DNA of 64,000 bases, taken from the NCBI GenBank assembly GCA_048270185.1, contig JBLWTJ010000002.1, positions 288,001 through 352,000 on the forward strand, given 5' to 3'. The notes under the pieces were generated by a model. The model was not told the origin of the DNA and made no database searches. It saw only the letters and a list, made by a program, of their open reading frames with translations. A program made the position numbers and the translations under genes. How positions within the stretch are numbered: position 1 is the stretch's first letter; every line of letters starts with the position of its first letter. The DNA comes from Bacteriovoracaceae bacterium (lineage in GTDB: Bacteria > Bdellovibrionota > Bacteriovoracia > Bacteriovoracales > Bacteriovoracaceae). Below are positions 29,378 to 39,996 of this stretch, in pieces.

Positions 29378-30301
29378 TTAAAAAAGACCTTCAGTTGAAA
29401 GGTAGCGCTCACCTGTATCGTAGCAGAATGTGACAACAGTTGAGCCTTCAGGAATTTCTGCAAGCTTCTTATTAATTGCTGCCAAAGAAGCCCCACTTGA
29501 AATTCCTAAGAGGATCCCCTCTTGACGAGCGGCCTGTCGGGTAAATTCAAAAGCTTCTTCCTTTGAAATCGTAATGACTTCATCAAGAAGTTCACGATTT
29601 AATACTTTTGGAACAAAACCTGCTCCAATCCCTTGAAGAGGATGGGGACCAGGATCACCACCAGACAGTACAGGTGAATCGGAAGGTTCGACGGCCACCA
29701 CTTTTAAGTTTGAAAACTTCTCTTTTAAAACTTCAGACACACCTGTGATATGTCCTCCAGTTCCAACTCCAGTTATTAAGTAATCAATAGGCCCATCAAT
29801 ATCAGCTAAGATTTCTTTGGCCGTCGTATCACGGTGAACCGCTACATTTGATGGATTATCAAATTGCATTGGCATCCATGAATTTGCCTCCGCTTCACAA
29901 ATTTCTTGGGCCTTCTCAATTGCCCCCTTCATTCCCTTCTCTTTAGGAGTTAGAACTAGCTCGGCACCAAAGAGCGCCATAAGACGTCTTCTTTCTAAGC
30001 TCATACTCTCTGGCATTGTAATAATTAGGCGATGTCCAAGAACGGCACAGGCCATAGCAAGCCCTACTCCAGTATTTCCAGAAGTCGGCTCCACAATAAC
30101 TGTTCCCTCTTTTACAAGACCTTCTTTAATAGCATCTTCAATCATGCGTTTGGCAATTCGATCTTTAATAGACCCGCCTGGATTAGCACGCTCAAGCTTT
30201 GCGTAAATCGTAATATTTTTCTTTATGGCCTCAGGAAAAAGGCGATTGATTTTTACGAGTGGAGTATTCCCCACTGAATCTAAGATATTATCAAATTTCA
30301 T
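29378..30301 (-). CDS. cysK: cysteine synthase A
   Basis: [26 protein letters not shown] motifs. Confidence 0.95.
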   Translation of the reverse strand: MKFDNILDSVGNTPLVKINRLFPEAIKKNITIYAKLERANPGGSIKDRIAKRMIEDAIKEGLVKEGTVIVEPTSGNTGVGLAMACAVLGHRLIITMPESMSLERRRLMALFGAELVLTPKEKGMKGAIEKAQEICEAEANSWMPMQFDNPSNVAVHRDTTAKEILADIDGPIDYLITGVGTGGHITGVSEVLKEKFSNLKVVAVEPSDSPVLSGGDPGPHPLQGIGAGFVPKVLNRELLDEVITISKEEAFEFTRQAARQEGILLGISSGASLAAINKKLAEIPEGSTVVTFCYDTGERYLSTEGLF

Positions 30302-31127
30302 ATGTAAGCTCCTCTATATTAAATTGCCCATCCTTCACATCAAGATGAACTTCACTCTTATGATAAACAATCGATTTCTTTCTTATACTTTGAGTTAGCC
30401 AAACGTTTCCCCCAATTATCGAACCTTCACCAATTACAGTCTCTCCCCCTAGTATTGTCGCGTGGGCATAGATCACACAATCATCCTCAATCGTTGGATG
30501 CCTCTTTTTGTTTTGTAGATCCTTACTAACTGATAACGCTCCAAGAGTTACCCCTTGATAAATCTTTACGCGATTTCCAATAATAGCAGTCTCGCCAATA
30601 ACCACTCCCGTACCGTGGTCGATGAAGAAAGATTCACCTATTTGAGCACCAGGATGAATATCAATTCCTGTTTTATTATGGGCATATTCTGCAATCATTC
30701 GAGGAAAGATTGTTAAAGATTTTTCATAGAAAAAGTGGGCCAACCGATGAACAGCAATGGCAAAGAGGCCAGGATAGCACAGGACAACTTCACATATATT
30801 TTGAGCAGCGGGATCTCCCTCAAGAAGCGCATTAGCATCTGCTTCAATCTTTTTAGAAATTTGTAAGAGCTCTTGTCCATAACATTCTGTAATCTTTGAT
30901 CTCTTATCCCCTTCAAGACTTAGAAGATTTAAGATTTGATCAGCATTTAAGAGGTGGCGACTAAAGTATAATTCGAAGTCTTCGTAATTGAGAAATTGCA
31001 TTCTCACGGTTCCAGGAAGAATGATATTTAAGGCCTCTTCAACAAAGTTCTCTATCATCTCTGGCTTGATTTCTGTTTCACTACAAACTTTCTTTTTTTG
31101 CTCATAGAGCTTCTTTATCGTGTCCAT
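30291..31127 (-). CDS. cysE: serine O-acetyltransferase
   Basis: GDPAA, DIHPGA, FIDHGTG, KRHPT hexapeptide repeats; adjacent to cysK; start uncertain (31127 or 31166). Confidence 0.92.
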   Translation of the reverse strand: MDTIKKLYEQKKKVCSETEIKPEMIENFVEEALNIILPGTVRMQFLNYEDFELYFSRHLLNADQILNLLSLEGDKRSKITECYGQELLQISKKIEADANALLEGDPAAQNICEVVLCYPGLFAIAVHRLAHFFYEKSLTIFPRMIAEYAHNKTGIDIHPGAQIGESFFIDHGTGVVIGETAIIGNRVKIYQGVTLGALSVSKDLQNKKRHPTIEDDCVIYAHATILGGETVIGEGSIIGGNVWLTQSIRKKSIVYHKSEVHLDVKDGQFNIEELTYEI

Positions 31128-31209
31128 CGGGACAGTATAACACGTAGTTACGAAGTTGCTTTTCACAAAAATCTTATAAATAGTTAACTTGATTAAAGAT
31201 CAGGATAAG

Positions 31210-32130
31210 TTATTGAATATAGCTTTTTAAAATCTCATCTGAAAGAGTATTGGCGCAATTGAGCATGTCGATATCTTCGACTTGATTAAAGCACGAGAAT
31301 GAAATGATATCGTTTCGCCCACAATGAATGTCAGTGAACTCGTCACTTACGCCCGTCACCTTATGAATCCAACAGGCCGAATTAAAGGCCAGAGAATATA
31401 GAGTCGCATATTTTCCTTCTGCACAGAATCCCAGAGAAGCTGAAACGATGGCAAGAATTTTTAGTTCACCATTAATCTCTTTAAAAACAGGTCCTCCGCT
31501 ATCGACGTAGCAAGTATCTGTCTCTTTGTTTCGCATATCAATTTCGTTATAGAAAGTTTTATAAATTGGGATTTGTGCTTTTTTCTTGAGTCCAAAATAG
31601 ACGCCAGTACTTACATCAGGTATAAAACCTAGCTCACCTGTATAGCCAAAACCAACGGCCGTTGTGATTTCTCCAGGCCTTACATTTTCTAGTATTTCTT
31701 TTGGGTCAGTTAAAAGCTTAAAGAATTTCTTTGTCTTTAATGGTTCACTAATTTCAAGGATTGCGAGATCACTTGAAGTTACTTTTCCTAGACCATCTAG
31801 TGGCCCATTTGGATAACTATAGCGAAGACTTGGATGAAGATGAGAGCTAATAACAGAATGAGTTGCATTCAGGCTCATCCTTGGATCTTTTCCAAACTTC
31901 TTACCCAAACCTTCATAGACATAGATTGTATTTGGACTTTTATTTTCTAAGCAGTGAGCTGCTGTCAAAATATATGTTGGAGAAAGGGCAATTCCAGAAC
32001 AAAATGGTTTTCCAAGTCTAACAAGGGCCACCACACTCTCAAATTCACCTTTTTCCACGGCCTCTCCTCCAACAATTGCGAAGGCAAGATTTGTGTAAAT
32101 GGATAATATTAACATCAGGCGAAAGAGCAT
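31210..32130 (-). CDS. secreted trypsin-like (S1) serine protease
   Basis: Signal peptide then IVGG; LTAAHC, DLAI, DSGGP. Confidence 0.92.
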   Translation of the reverse strand: MLFRLMLILSIYTNLAFAIVGGEAVEKGEFESVVALVRLGKPFCSGIALSPTYILTAAHCLENKSPNTIYVYEGLGKKFGKDPRMSLNATHSVISSHLHPSLRYSYPNGPLDGLGKVTSSDLAILEISEPLKTKKFFKLLTDPKEILENVRPGEITTAVGFGYTGELGFIPDVSTGVYFGLKKKAQIPIYKTFYNEIDMRNKETDTCYVDSGGPVFKEINGELKILAIVSASLGFCAEGKYATLYSLAFNSACWIHKVTGVSDEFTDIHCGRNDIISFSCFNQVEDIDMLNCANTLSDEILKSYIQ

Positions 32131-32181
32131 GACACTTCATAGCATATGAGAATGATAATAACTAGGTTAATTAGGTGCTAA

Positions 32182-33090
32182 TTAGGAGTTATTTGATTGA
32201 TTCATGTCATAGAAAGCACGGTAGAGATTTGCAAGTTGTTGCTTTCTCTTGGCCACATAATTTTGATCGAGAATCGATGTGATTTCATTAAAAATTTCGC
32301 GATGCACATCAACAGATTCATCTATCTGGGTATGCCCTTCTGGACGTAAGATATTTACTACATCTGTCTTTACATGATCACGTGCTACATTTGGACCATC
32401 ATTGAAAATATACGAGCGATCGAGCATGAAGTTGAGGTTCTTGGAAACATTCTTTGGAATGATATCGTTATCAAAGCCAATTGAATCAAGGGTCACTAGT
32501 AAGTGTACATCTCTAAAACCTGCCTCCGGGGAATTAAGACGATTGGCCAAATTCACAACCGCATCTCCACCAAGTGAGTGGCCCACGAGAATAACAGGTT
32601 GATCCTTAGGCCTTCTTAAAACTTCCTCAAAGACTTTGTCTTCGTCTTGCCAACTGACAAATTCAGCAACTTCAAAAGACTTGGCAATATCTTCAAGTCC
32701 CCCTTCTGATCCGAGTGTCGAAAGATGAAGGCCCTCTAGAAAATAGATCGCCGGCTTATTAATTGGTGGAAGCTCTTTTACAGGTTCAACTGGCCTTGCT
32801 TGCTCCGTCTGAGTTGCAGGGTCCTGAGTTATTGACTTGGCCACTGTTGTCACAGCATCAACTGCCAACTTCTTTCCGGCCGCCGCAAGACTGACAGCAT
32901 CGGCAGAGATGGATGCTTTCGCCGCTGCCTCTGCGACCTTGGCCACCTTGGCAGTTTTGTCCACAACCTCTTTTGCAGCTTCCTTAACAACTTCCTTGAC
33001 CTCTTTTCGAGGCGCTTGAATTCCCTTCTCATAGTCAGCTTTTGACTTGTAGTGAATTAAATTTGAAGGGGTCTTGGTACTTGTCTGCAT
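32182..33090 (-). CDS. alpha/beta-hydrolase-like protein with low-complexity N-terminus
   Basis: VILVGHSLGG nucleophile elbow, LVTLD, C-terminal HTQID. Confidence 0.7.
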   Translation of the reverse strand: MQTSTKTPSNLIHYKSKADYEKGIQAPRKEVKEVVKEAAKEVVDKTAKVAKVAEAAAKASISADAVSLAAAGKKLAVDAVTTVAKSITQDPATQTEQARPVEPVKELPPINKPAIYFLEGLHLSTLGSEGGLEDIAKSFEVAEFVSWQDEDKVFEEVLRRPKDQPVILVGHSLGGDAVVNLANRLNSPEAGFRDVHLLVTLDSIGFDNDIIPKNVSKNLNFMLDRSYIFNDGPNVARDHVKTDVVNILRPEGHTQIDESVDVHREIFNEITSILDQNYVAKRKQQLANLYRAFYDMNQSNNS

Positions 33091-33231
33091 TACCTAAAAT
33101 TATACAGCGTTCAGCTTAGAATTGGGCAGTGAGCAAAATCCTCTATTCCCCAGCTTTAGGTAGGCAATCTCTACTGTTTGTGGCATATTACAGAGGAATT
33201 TTTTTTTAATAATAAAGCACAGGAGTCAGGT

Positions 33232-34251
33232 ATGTCTGGAAAGATCCGCGTTGGTATCAATGGTATGGGCCGTATTGGTCGTACAGTTCTTAGAGAAATT
33301 TTTAACCGCAATATCGAAAACTTAGAAGTTGTTGCTGTTAACTCACCAGGTGATATCCACGACTACGTTCACCTCATCAAATACGATTCAGTTTTTGGTC
33401 GTTTTAATGCGGAAGTAAGCGTTGATGAATCACACAAAATGCACATTAATGGAAAAGAGATTTCTTTCCATAAATATAGAGATCCAAGTGAGATTCCATG
33501 GACTCAAGATAAGGTTGATATCGTTATTGATGCAACAGGTGTTTTCAAGGATCAAAAATCTCTTATGAAGCACGTAACAGGATCAGTTAAGAAAGTAATT
33601 CTTTGTTGTCCAGGTAAAGACGTTGATAACACAATCGTAATGGGTATCAATGAAAATACTTATGATGCTGAAAAACACAATGTTATTTCAAATGCATCAT
33701 GTACTACAAACTGTCTTTCTCCTGTTGCAAAAGTTCTTCACGATAAATTTGGAATTACAAACGGACACATGACAACTGTACACTCATATACTGGTGACCA
33801 ATGTCTGCTAGATGCTTCACACTCTGACCTACGTCGTGCTCGTGCAGCAGCTGTTTCAATGGTTCCAACGACAACTGGTGCAGCAAAAGCTGTTGGTCTT
33901 GTTATTCCAGAGCTTAAAGGTAAGCTAGATGGTTTCGCGATCCGTGTTCCTACTCCAAACGTTTCTCTAGTAGACTTAACAGTTAATCTTGAAACAGAAG
34001 TTACTGAAGAAGAAGTAAATGCTGCTCTAAAAGAAGCTAGTGAAACAACTCTTAAAGGTATTCTTGGATTTGAAAATGAACCATTAGTTTCTGTTGATTA
34101 TATGGGAATGAGAGAGTCTTCATGTGTTGATGCTGATCTTACAAAAGTAATCGATAAGAAGAGTGTAAAAGTTGTTACTTGGTACGATAACGAAGCTGGT
34201 TTCTCTAATAGAGTTATCGATCTTGCTGGATTCATCGGAAGCCAACTGTAA
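33232..34251 (+). CDS. gap: type I glyceraldehyde-3-phosphate dehydrogenase
   Basis: GINGMGRIGR, SNASCTTNC, WYDNE; ATG 33232 follows AGGAG. Confidence 0.97.
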   Translation: MSGKIRVGINGMGRIGRTVLREIFNRNIENLEVVAVNSPGDIHDYVHLIKYDSVFGRFNAEVSVDESHKMHINGKEISFHKYRDPSEIPWTQDKVDIVIDATGVFKDQKSLMKHVTGSVKKVILCCPGKDVDNTIVMGINENTYDAEKHNVISNASCTTNCLSPVAKVLHDKFGITNGHMTTVHSYTGDQCLLDASHSDLRRARAAAVSMVPTTTGAAKAVGLVIPELKGKLDGFAIRVPTPNVSLVDLTVNLETEVTEEEVNAALKEASETTLKGILGFENEPLVSVDYMGMRESSCVDADLTKVIDKKSVKVVTWYDNEAGFSNRVIDLAGFIGSQL

Positions 34252-34276
34252 TTATAAAAATATATTAGGAAATATT

Positions 34277-35473
34277 ATGGCCTTACAATTTATTGATAGT
34301 GTTGAAGATTCAAAAATTAAAGACAAGAAAGTAATTGTCCGCTTTGACTTCAATGTTCCATTAAATAAAGAAACAAAAGAGATCACGGATTCGACAAGAA
34401 TTGATAATGCTCTTGAAACAATCAAGCTGATCCTATCAAAGGGGCCATCAAAATTAATTATGATGTCTCACCTTGGGCGCCCAAAGGGAGAAGTTAATCC
34501 TGAGTTCTCACTTGAGCCAGTTGCAACTTACCTAGCGGAAAAACTTGGAGAAGAAGTTACTCTTACTGAATCATGTCTTGATCGTGGAATTAAAACTCTT
34601 CTATCTTTAAATTCAAATAAGATCATTCTTCTTGAAAACTTACGTTTCCACAAAGAAGAGACGGCCAATGATCGTGAGTTTGCTCGTAAACTTTCTGAGT
34701 ATGCTGATATCTATGTTATGGATGCCTTTGGTGCCGCACATAGAAAGCATGCTTCAACTTATATGATTAATGCTTTCTTTAAGAATAATGCTTATGCAGG
34801 ACTTCTCATGAAAAAAGAAATCGAAGCATTAACGAAAGTGACAGAAAGACCACAGACTCCATTTGTTGCTGTTGTTGGTGGAGCAAAGGTAAGTGATAAG
34901 ATTAAGATCATTGAAAGACTTCTTTCAAGTGTTTCCAACCTACTAATCGGTGGTGCTATGGCCTACCCATTCTTGAAGGCGCAAGGAAATGAAGTTGGAA
35001 CCTCTCTTTGTAGTGATGAAGACGTAAGGCTTGCCAAGAAAATTCTTTCACAAAAGACTGCTCACAAAATTGTTCTTCCACAAGACCACCTAGGTTCTAC
35101 TGAGTTTGGTGGAAAGCCTCAAATTATCGATAAAGTGGGAATTCCTGCTGATATGATGGGACTTGATATTGGAGAGCACACAGCAACTAAGTATTCGCAA
35201 ATCCTAAAGGGTGCTAAGACTATTCTATGGAATGGACCAATGGGAATCTTTGAAAACGAAGATTATGCTGGTGGAACTCTTTCTATTGCTAATGCTCTCG
35301 CTGAATCAGATGCCTACACTCTTGTTGGTGGTGGTGATTCGGTAAGTGCTGTTAATAAAACAGGACTTGCTTCAAAAATGAGTCACGTTTCAACTGGTGG
35401 TGGAGCTTCTTTAGAGTTTATCGAAAACGGAAGCCTACCAGGAATCGCTGCACTTAAATTTGGTGTTGAATAA
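34277..35473 (+). CDS. pgk: phosphoglycerate kinase
   Basis: RFDFNVP, SHLGRP, LLENLRF, GGAKVSDK, STGGGASL. Confidence 0.98.
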   Translation: MALQFIDSVEDSKIKDKKVIVRFDFNVPLNKETKEITDSTRIDNALETIKLILSKGPSKLIMMSHLGRPKGEVNPEFSLEPVATYLAEKLGEEVTLTESCLDRGIKTLLSLNSNKIILLENLRFHKEETANDREFARKLSEYADIYVMDAFGAAHRKHASTYMINAFFKNNAYAGLLMKKEIEALTKVTERPQTPFVAVVGGAKVSDKIKIIERLLSSVSNLLIGGAMAYPFLKAQGNEVGTSLCSDEDVRLAKKILSQKTAHKIVLPQDHLGSTEFGGKPQIIDKVGIPADMMGLDIGEHTATKYSQILKGAKTILWNGPMGIFENEDYAGGTLSIANALAESDAYTLVGGGDSVSAVNKTGLASKMSHVSTGGGASLEFIENGSLPGIAALKFGVE

Positions 35474-35505
35474 GAATTAATTAAAATCAAAATAAGGGAT
35501 GTAAT

Positions 35506-36231
35506 ATGACTGAGAGAACGAAGTATATTGTTGGAAATTGGAAGATGAATCAAAACACGCAAGATGTTATTGAGTTCTTTGAGGCCATTGATAGCTCTAA
35601 ACTTCGTCACGAAGCATGGATTGCACCACAAGCAATCCACATCCCTATTTGTCTTCAAAACACAGACGACTTCAAAATTGGTGCTCAAAATAGTTCCACA
35701 GAAAATAGCGGAGCTTTTACTGGAGAAATTTCTCCTGCTTCTCTAAAAGATCTTGGAGCACATTTTGTTATCCTTGGTCACTCTGAGCGTCGCTCAATTT
35801 TTAAAGAAAGTGATGAAACTCTTAACACAAAAACAAAACTAGCTCTTGAAAACGATCTTGTGGTTATCTTCTGTATTGGAGAAACACTTGAGGAAAGAGA
35901 AGCTGGACGTGTTGAAGAAGTCTTAGCATCACAACTTTCAAAAGGTCTTGCCGGTGTCTCAAGTGATAAAGTGATTATTGCTTATGAACCAGTTTGGGCC
36001 ATTGGAACAGGTGTAACAGCATCTCCAGAACAGGCACAAGAAGCTCATGCTTTCATTAGAAAATTTATGAATGAGAATCTTGAACTAAATGCCCAGGCAA
36101 CAAGTATCCTCTATGGTGGTTCAGTGAAGCCAGCAAATGTAGTCGAGTTACTCTCTTGCCCAGACATTGATGGTGGTCTAGTTGGTGGAGCTGCCCTAAA
36201 AGCAGACAGCTACACCGGATTACACGCTTAA
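35506..36231 (+). CDS. tpiA: triosephosphate isomerase
   Basis: GNWKMN, GHSERR, AYEPVWAIGTG, YGGSV. Confidence 0.98.
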   Translation: MTERTKYIVGNWKMNQNTQDVIEFFEAIDSSKLRHEAWIAPQAIHIPICLQNTDDFKIGAQNSSTENSGAFTGEISPASLKDLGAHFVILGHSERRSIFKESDETLNTKTKLALENDLVVIFCIGETLEEREAGRVEEVLASQLSKGLAGVSSDKVIIAYEPVWAIGTGVTASPEQAQEAHAFIRKFMNENLELNAQATSILYGGSVKPANVVELLSCPDIDGGLVGGAALKADSYTGLHA

Positions 36232-37313
36232 TATATTTTAACAATCATATTTTCGCTCTTATTGCAGCTTAGCTTTTCATAAGTGACGAGATCGTCATGG
36301 CTTACTTGATACGATCCACGTGGAAGATAGAGGTTACGATTTACACCTAGAACAGTTCCATCAGGTTTTGCAAAAACTCGCCAATCAATTCCCCAGTCCG
36401 CATCAAAGTCGAACTCACCTAGGTATTGATACTCTCGGCCAAAATAAATTAAGCTATCAACACTAATCTTAAGATCGGCCCTTGCGAATGCAGGATGGTA
36501 TGGAAGGTAGAATTGAAACTCTTGCCTATCCCCGGCCTTTCCTGCAGGAAGTATTTTTAAGATACCACTATCATTAGTGATGGCAACTTCATTAGAATCT
36601 TTTGTTAGAGTTCTAACACCCTTTACAAGGAGCCCATCCTCTTTTCCGCAGCGAAAATTCTTATTAACATTTAAGAGATCTCCTCTAGCATAGAAGTCAT
36701 GTCTAAATAATCTCTTCTTCTTTAAAAAGAATAATCTCTTTTTTACGAAACCAAGTTGAGGAACAGATGCCTTCAGCGATTTCCTAAGTCCTTTGCGAGC
36801 ATCTATTTTCTTTGTAAATGAATGAGTCATTAAATTTGGGTTATAACGATAGTGTCCTGTTCTCGCAATTTCATTGAGAATTCCTTGAGCATCACAACCA
36901 ACAAGCCCAAGATAGCGAATATTTGGATGAACAGATTTAAAGAGATCCTTCACATCCTTTCCATTAATACTTAGAACTGCTCCCGAGTTATTTGAACCCG
37001 AAGTAGCTTGCCCCGTTCCGGCTGCATGCGACGCCCAGAAAACAGCAATATTATTTGGATTGTGAAGCTGCTTTCGCAATTCGTGGAAATCCACCTCGTG
37101 CTTAATAATGATATTGTAACCAGATTTGTGAAAGTGCTTCTTAAAAATCTTTTCTAAAGACCCATCCACTTTCCATCCTTTTGGCTTATACCAAATGCGA
37201 GGAGTTTTTAATGATGTTAATAAAACAACGTTAGGAGTTGTGTCTTGTCCGTAAGAGAACTGAGCACACAGAAACGTCAAAACTGAGAGTACCAATAGTA
37301 TTAGATTTTTCAT
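36228..37313 (-). CDS. secreted hypothetical protein (possible clan CD peptidase-like His/Cys motifs)
   Basis: Signal peptide; IAVFWASHA ... YLGLVGCDA. Confidence 0.7.
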   Translation of the reverse strand: MKNLILLVLSVLTFLCAQFSYGQDTTPNVVLLTSLKTPRIWYKPKGWKVDGSLEKIFKKHFHKSGYNIIIKHEVDFHELRKQLHNPNNIAVFWASHAAGTGQATSGSNNSGAVLSINGKDVKDLFKSVHPNIRYLGLVGCDAQGILNEIARTGHYRYNPNLMTHSFTKKIDARKGLRKSLKASVPQLGFVKKRLFFLKKKRLFRHDFYARGDLLNVNKNFRCGKEDGLLVKGVRTLTKDSNEVAITNDSGILKILPAGKAGDRQEFQFYLPYHPAFARADLKISVDSLIYFGREYQYLGEFDFDADWGIDWRVFAKPDGTVLGVNRNLYLPRGSYQVSHDDLVTYEKLSCNKSENMIVKIY

Positions 37314-37395
37314 GCTGGAAAGATAGCATCAAAAAATGAACACTAAGGCCTAATTTTCCTTAATTTCAACTGTTAAGATTTATTAACTTTTGAGA

Positions 37396-38280
37396 CTAAA
37401 GCTCTAACCTAAAAGAAACAGGACAGTGGTCTGAGATAAAGCGTTGATACCAAGAAAGATTATCAAATCTCTTCGATTTATAAACACTCTTGCCACAGGC
37501 GCGCCAAACTTCCACATACTTAGACTCATTTGTTTGTGAAACATAAGCGTGGTCAAATGAATTGCCCGATCCACCACTGCGGTAAGTATAGTCATAATCA
37601 CTCGTACGACGAGTAAGGCCTACTTCTTGAAAAGCTTCACCAAGAATTACAAGATCTGAAACCTTCGTATCATCACTTGAGTTGCGGTAAGTATTAAGAT
37701 CCCCAGCTACAACAACAGGAATATTTTTAAGTTTGTACTCTTTGATTCTCTTTGTGAGGTTCTTAACTTGAGTTAGTCTCATATCAATACTAGTTGGCCC
37801 AGCTTTTAAGTGTAGTCCAACAAGGTGAACAAGAGGCTTTCTCGAATAGCGATCCACAACTTGCCCATAAATGGCAGGTCTTAAGTAAGGACGATTATCA
37901 ACAAGAGGATAAATAAAATCGTCGTCACCTTTTTCAGGTACGATATCTAAAGACTTCTTTAAACAGATCATTAAGTGTTGGTGATTGAATTGTTCATGAC
38001 GATAAGACACACAATGATGTCCCAGCCCATCCATGATATTTGATAGTCTGTCCGTATCGATAATTTCTTGAAAAAGAAATATGTCAGTGTTGATATATTT
38101 CGTACTTAAGAACTCTTTTATGAATTGATCTCGGTACTCGTCACTTCTAAGTCCCGTGATTTCCCCTCCTAATCCAAACCAACGGATATTAAAGGTAGTA
38201 ATTTTCAAACTACTTGCTGAAATTGAAGTAGTAAGAAGTAGTGCGGCCAACCATGGCCAAGCTTTCTTAAGATTTTCCAT
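37396..38280 (-). CDS. secreted endonuclease/exonuclease/phosphatase family protein
   Basis: Signal peptide; TTFNI, FQEI, HLKA, AGDLN, FDH, ISDHCPV. Confidence 0.9.
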   Translation of the reverse strand: MENLKKAWPWLAALLLTTSISASSLKITTFNIRWFGLGGEITGLRSDEYRDQFIKEFLSTKYINTDIFLFQEIIDTDRLSNIMDGLGHHCVSYRHEQFNHQHLMICLKKSLDIVPEKGDDDFIYPLVDNRPYLRPAIYGQVVDRYSRKPLVHLVGLHLKAGPTSIDMRLTQVKNLTKRIKEYKLKNIPVVVAGDLNTYRNSSDDTKVSDLVILGEAFQEVGLTRRTSDYDYTYRSGGSGNSFDHAYVSQTNESKYVEVWRACGKSVYKSKRFDNLSWYQRFISDHCPVSFRLEL

Positions 38281-38441
38281 ATAAAAATGGTAGTTGGAGC
38301 GAAACAGTTGGTCAAAATTAAATTCGCGCTAAGTCACTGGAATTCGTATGGCACCTATAGAAATTATTGAAATATTTTCTTACAAGCTTTTCACATCATG
38401 ACTCATAGGATAACAATGCACAAAATCATTAGGGAGATTCC

Positions 38442-39881
38442 ATGAAGAAATTGCTACTTACGGCCTTTGCTACAACGAGTATTCTTGCTAACGGGAGCTT
38501 TTGGGCCCTTTTCTCACCACATCAAGGTGAAGAAGCTTTCAATACAATCTATCAAGCTATTGAAAATTCAAAAGAAAAAGCCTGGATGACTGTTTACAGC
38601 TGGTCAGACTCAACTGTTGCAAAGAATTTAGAAGTTGCCTGCCTTTCAGGTGTGGACGTTAAGGTTGTTCTTCACCCTACTCTAAAAAATAGCTCACGTG
38701 TTCAAGACTATGCAAAAGGTATTGAAGATGCAGGCTGTGGAGTTAAGGTCTCAGTAAAGAATATGCACGAGAAATTTGCTATCTTTGATGACAACTTCTC
38801 ATTCAACTCAAGTGCTAACCTTTCAGGTGGAGCGAAGTCTCGTTATTCTGAAAACTTTATTTTTAATAATGATACAAGCCCAGAAGGTCGTCTTGTTATT
38901 AAGACTCTTAATCGTGAATTTAAATTTCTTTGGAACTCATCTAAAGATATGTACACAAATGAAATTTCTCAAGAAGCGAATGAGCCCGCAATCGAGCTAG
39001 CTGATCTGACAAATAACCCTGACAGTACAACAAATCCAAGCTTTGCTTCAAGTTCAATGAACTTTGAGTATAGCAAGTATAGTCCTTCAACAAAGGCATA
39101 TCAAACTGGCCGCTATCTAAGAGTCTCAGCCAGAAAAGTAGCTAAAGAGCAAACATGGTTTGTTCGTGATGCTATGATTAAGCTTATTAATGAGGCTCAA
39201 GAAAATATTCTTGTTAATGTTAACCACCTTGTTATCCAAGAAGTTGCTGATGCACTTTTAGATGCAGTAAAGCGCGGAGTTGATGTTCGTCTTGCAGTTG
39301 ATAACCAGGAATTCAAAACAAGTCTAAAATCAAAAGAGATGACTCCATACTTTGTTTACCACTGGGAGAAGCTTCCGGAAAATAAAGGAAAGGTAGCTCC
39401 AGTTAGGGTTAAGTACTACTCTCACGCTCCTTCTCCACGCCACTGGGCACTTAACCACCACAAGTATATGATCTTTGATTACAATGAGAATGACTTCTCA
39501 AAAACAAAGCTTATGAGTGGCTCTTATAATATCTCTGAAACTGCTGAGCATTCTCAATACGACAATATGTTCACTTATAAAGGAGAAGTATTTGCACAGC
39601 TCTTCAAAGATTTCAAAGGTGAATTTGATAATCTTTGGAACTTAAATAGAGATGAGAATGATAAGCCTATTCAGGAAGCATGGGATCGCGTTGCGAAGCC
39701 ATATGAAGGAAAGATTTATCTCCACACAAAAATGCCTGTGTCTCTGACATGGCCAGAGATTGAATCGATTCGTACTTCAATTTATAAAGCAGCTCCAAAG
39801 TTCTTTCGCGATGCTTATCGTAAGAGAGACTGTTATTTCTTCGACCTAAGCAAGCAAGTTTTTGCTGGTTGTCCTAAGTAA
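38442..39881 (+). CDS. secreted phospholipase D-superfamily protein (two HKD motifs)
   Basis: HEKFAIFD..SSAN and HHKYMIFD..SGSYN motifs; signal peptide. Confidence 0.88.
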   Translation: MKKLLLTAFATTSILANGSFWALFSPHQGEEAFNTIYQAIENSKEKAWMTVYSWSDSTVAKNLEVACLSGVDVKVVLHPTLKNSSRVQDYAKGIEDAGCGVKVSVKNMHEKFAIFDDNFSFNSSANLSGGAKSRYSENFIFNNDTSPEGRLVIKTLNREFKFLWNSSKDMYTNEISQEANEPAIELADLTNNPDSTTNPSFASSSMNFEYSKYSPSTKAYQTGRYLRVSARKVAKEQTWFVRDAMIKLINEAQENILVNVNHLVIQEVADALLDAVKRGVDVRLAVDNQEFKTSLKSKEMTPYFVYHWEKLPENKGKVAPVRVKYYSHAPSPRHWALNHHKYMIFDYNENDFSKTKLMSGSYNISETAEHSQYDNMFTYKGEVFAQLFKDFKGEFDNLWNLNRDENDKPIQEAWDRVAKPYEGKIYLHTKMPVSLTWPEIESIRTSIYKAAPKFFRDAYRKRDCYFFDLSKQVFAGCPK

Positions 39882-39925
39882 ATAAAATCCAGAACACAAA
39901 TAACTCACGGGGTCATAGACAGTAC

Positions 39926-39954
39926 TTGTCATGGCCTCGTTGAGTTGATATAAA
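39926..39954 (+). promoter_or_regulatory. sigma70 promoter for secG
   Basis: TTGTCA-N17-TATAAA. Confidence 0.55.
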
Positions 39955-39996
39955 TTGTTGTTAATTTTATATCAAATATTTAAAGGAATATAACTT

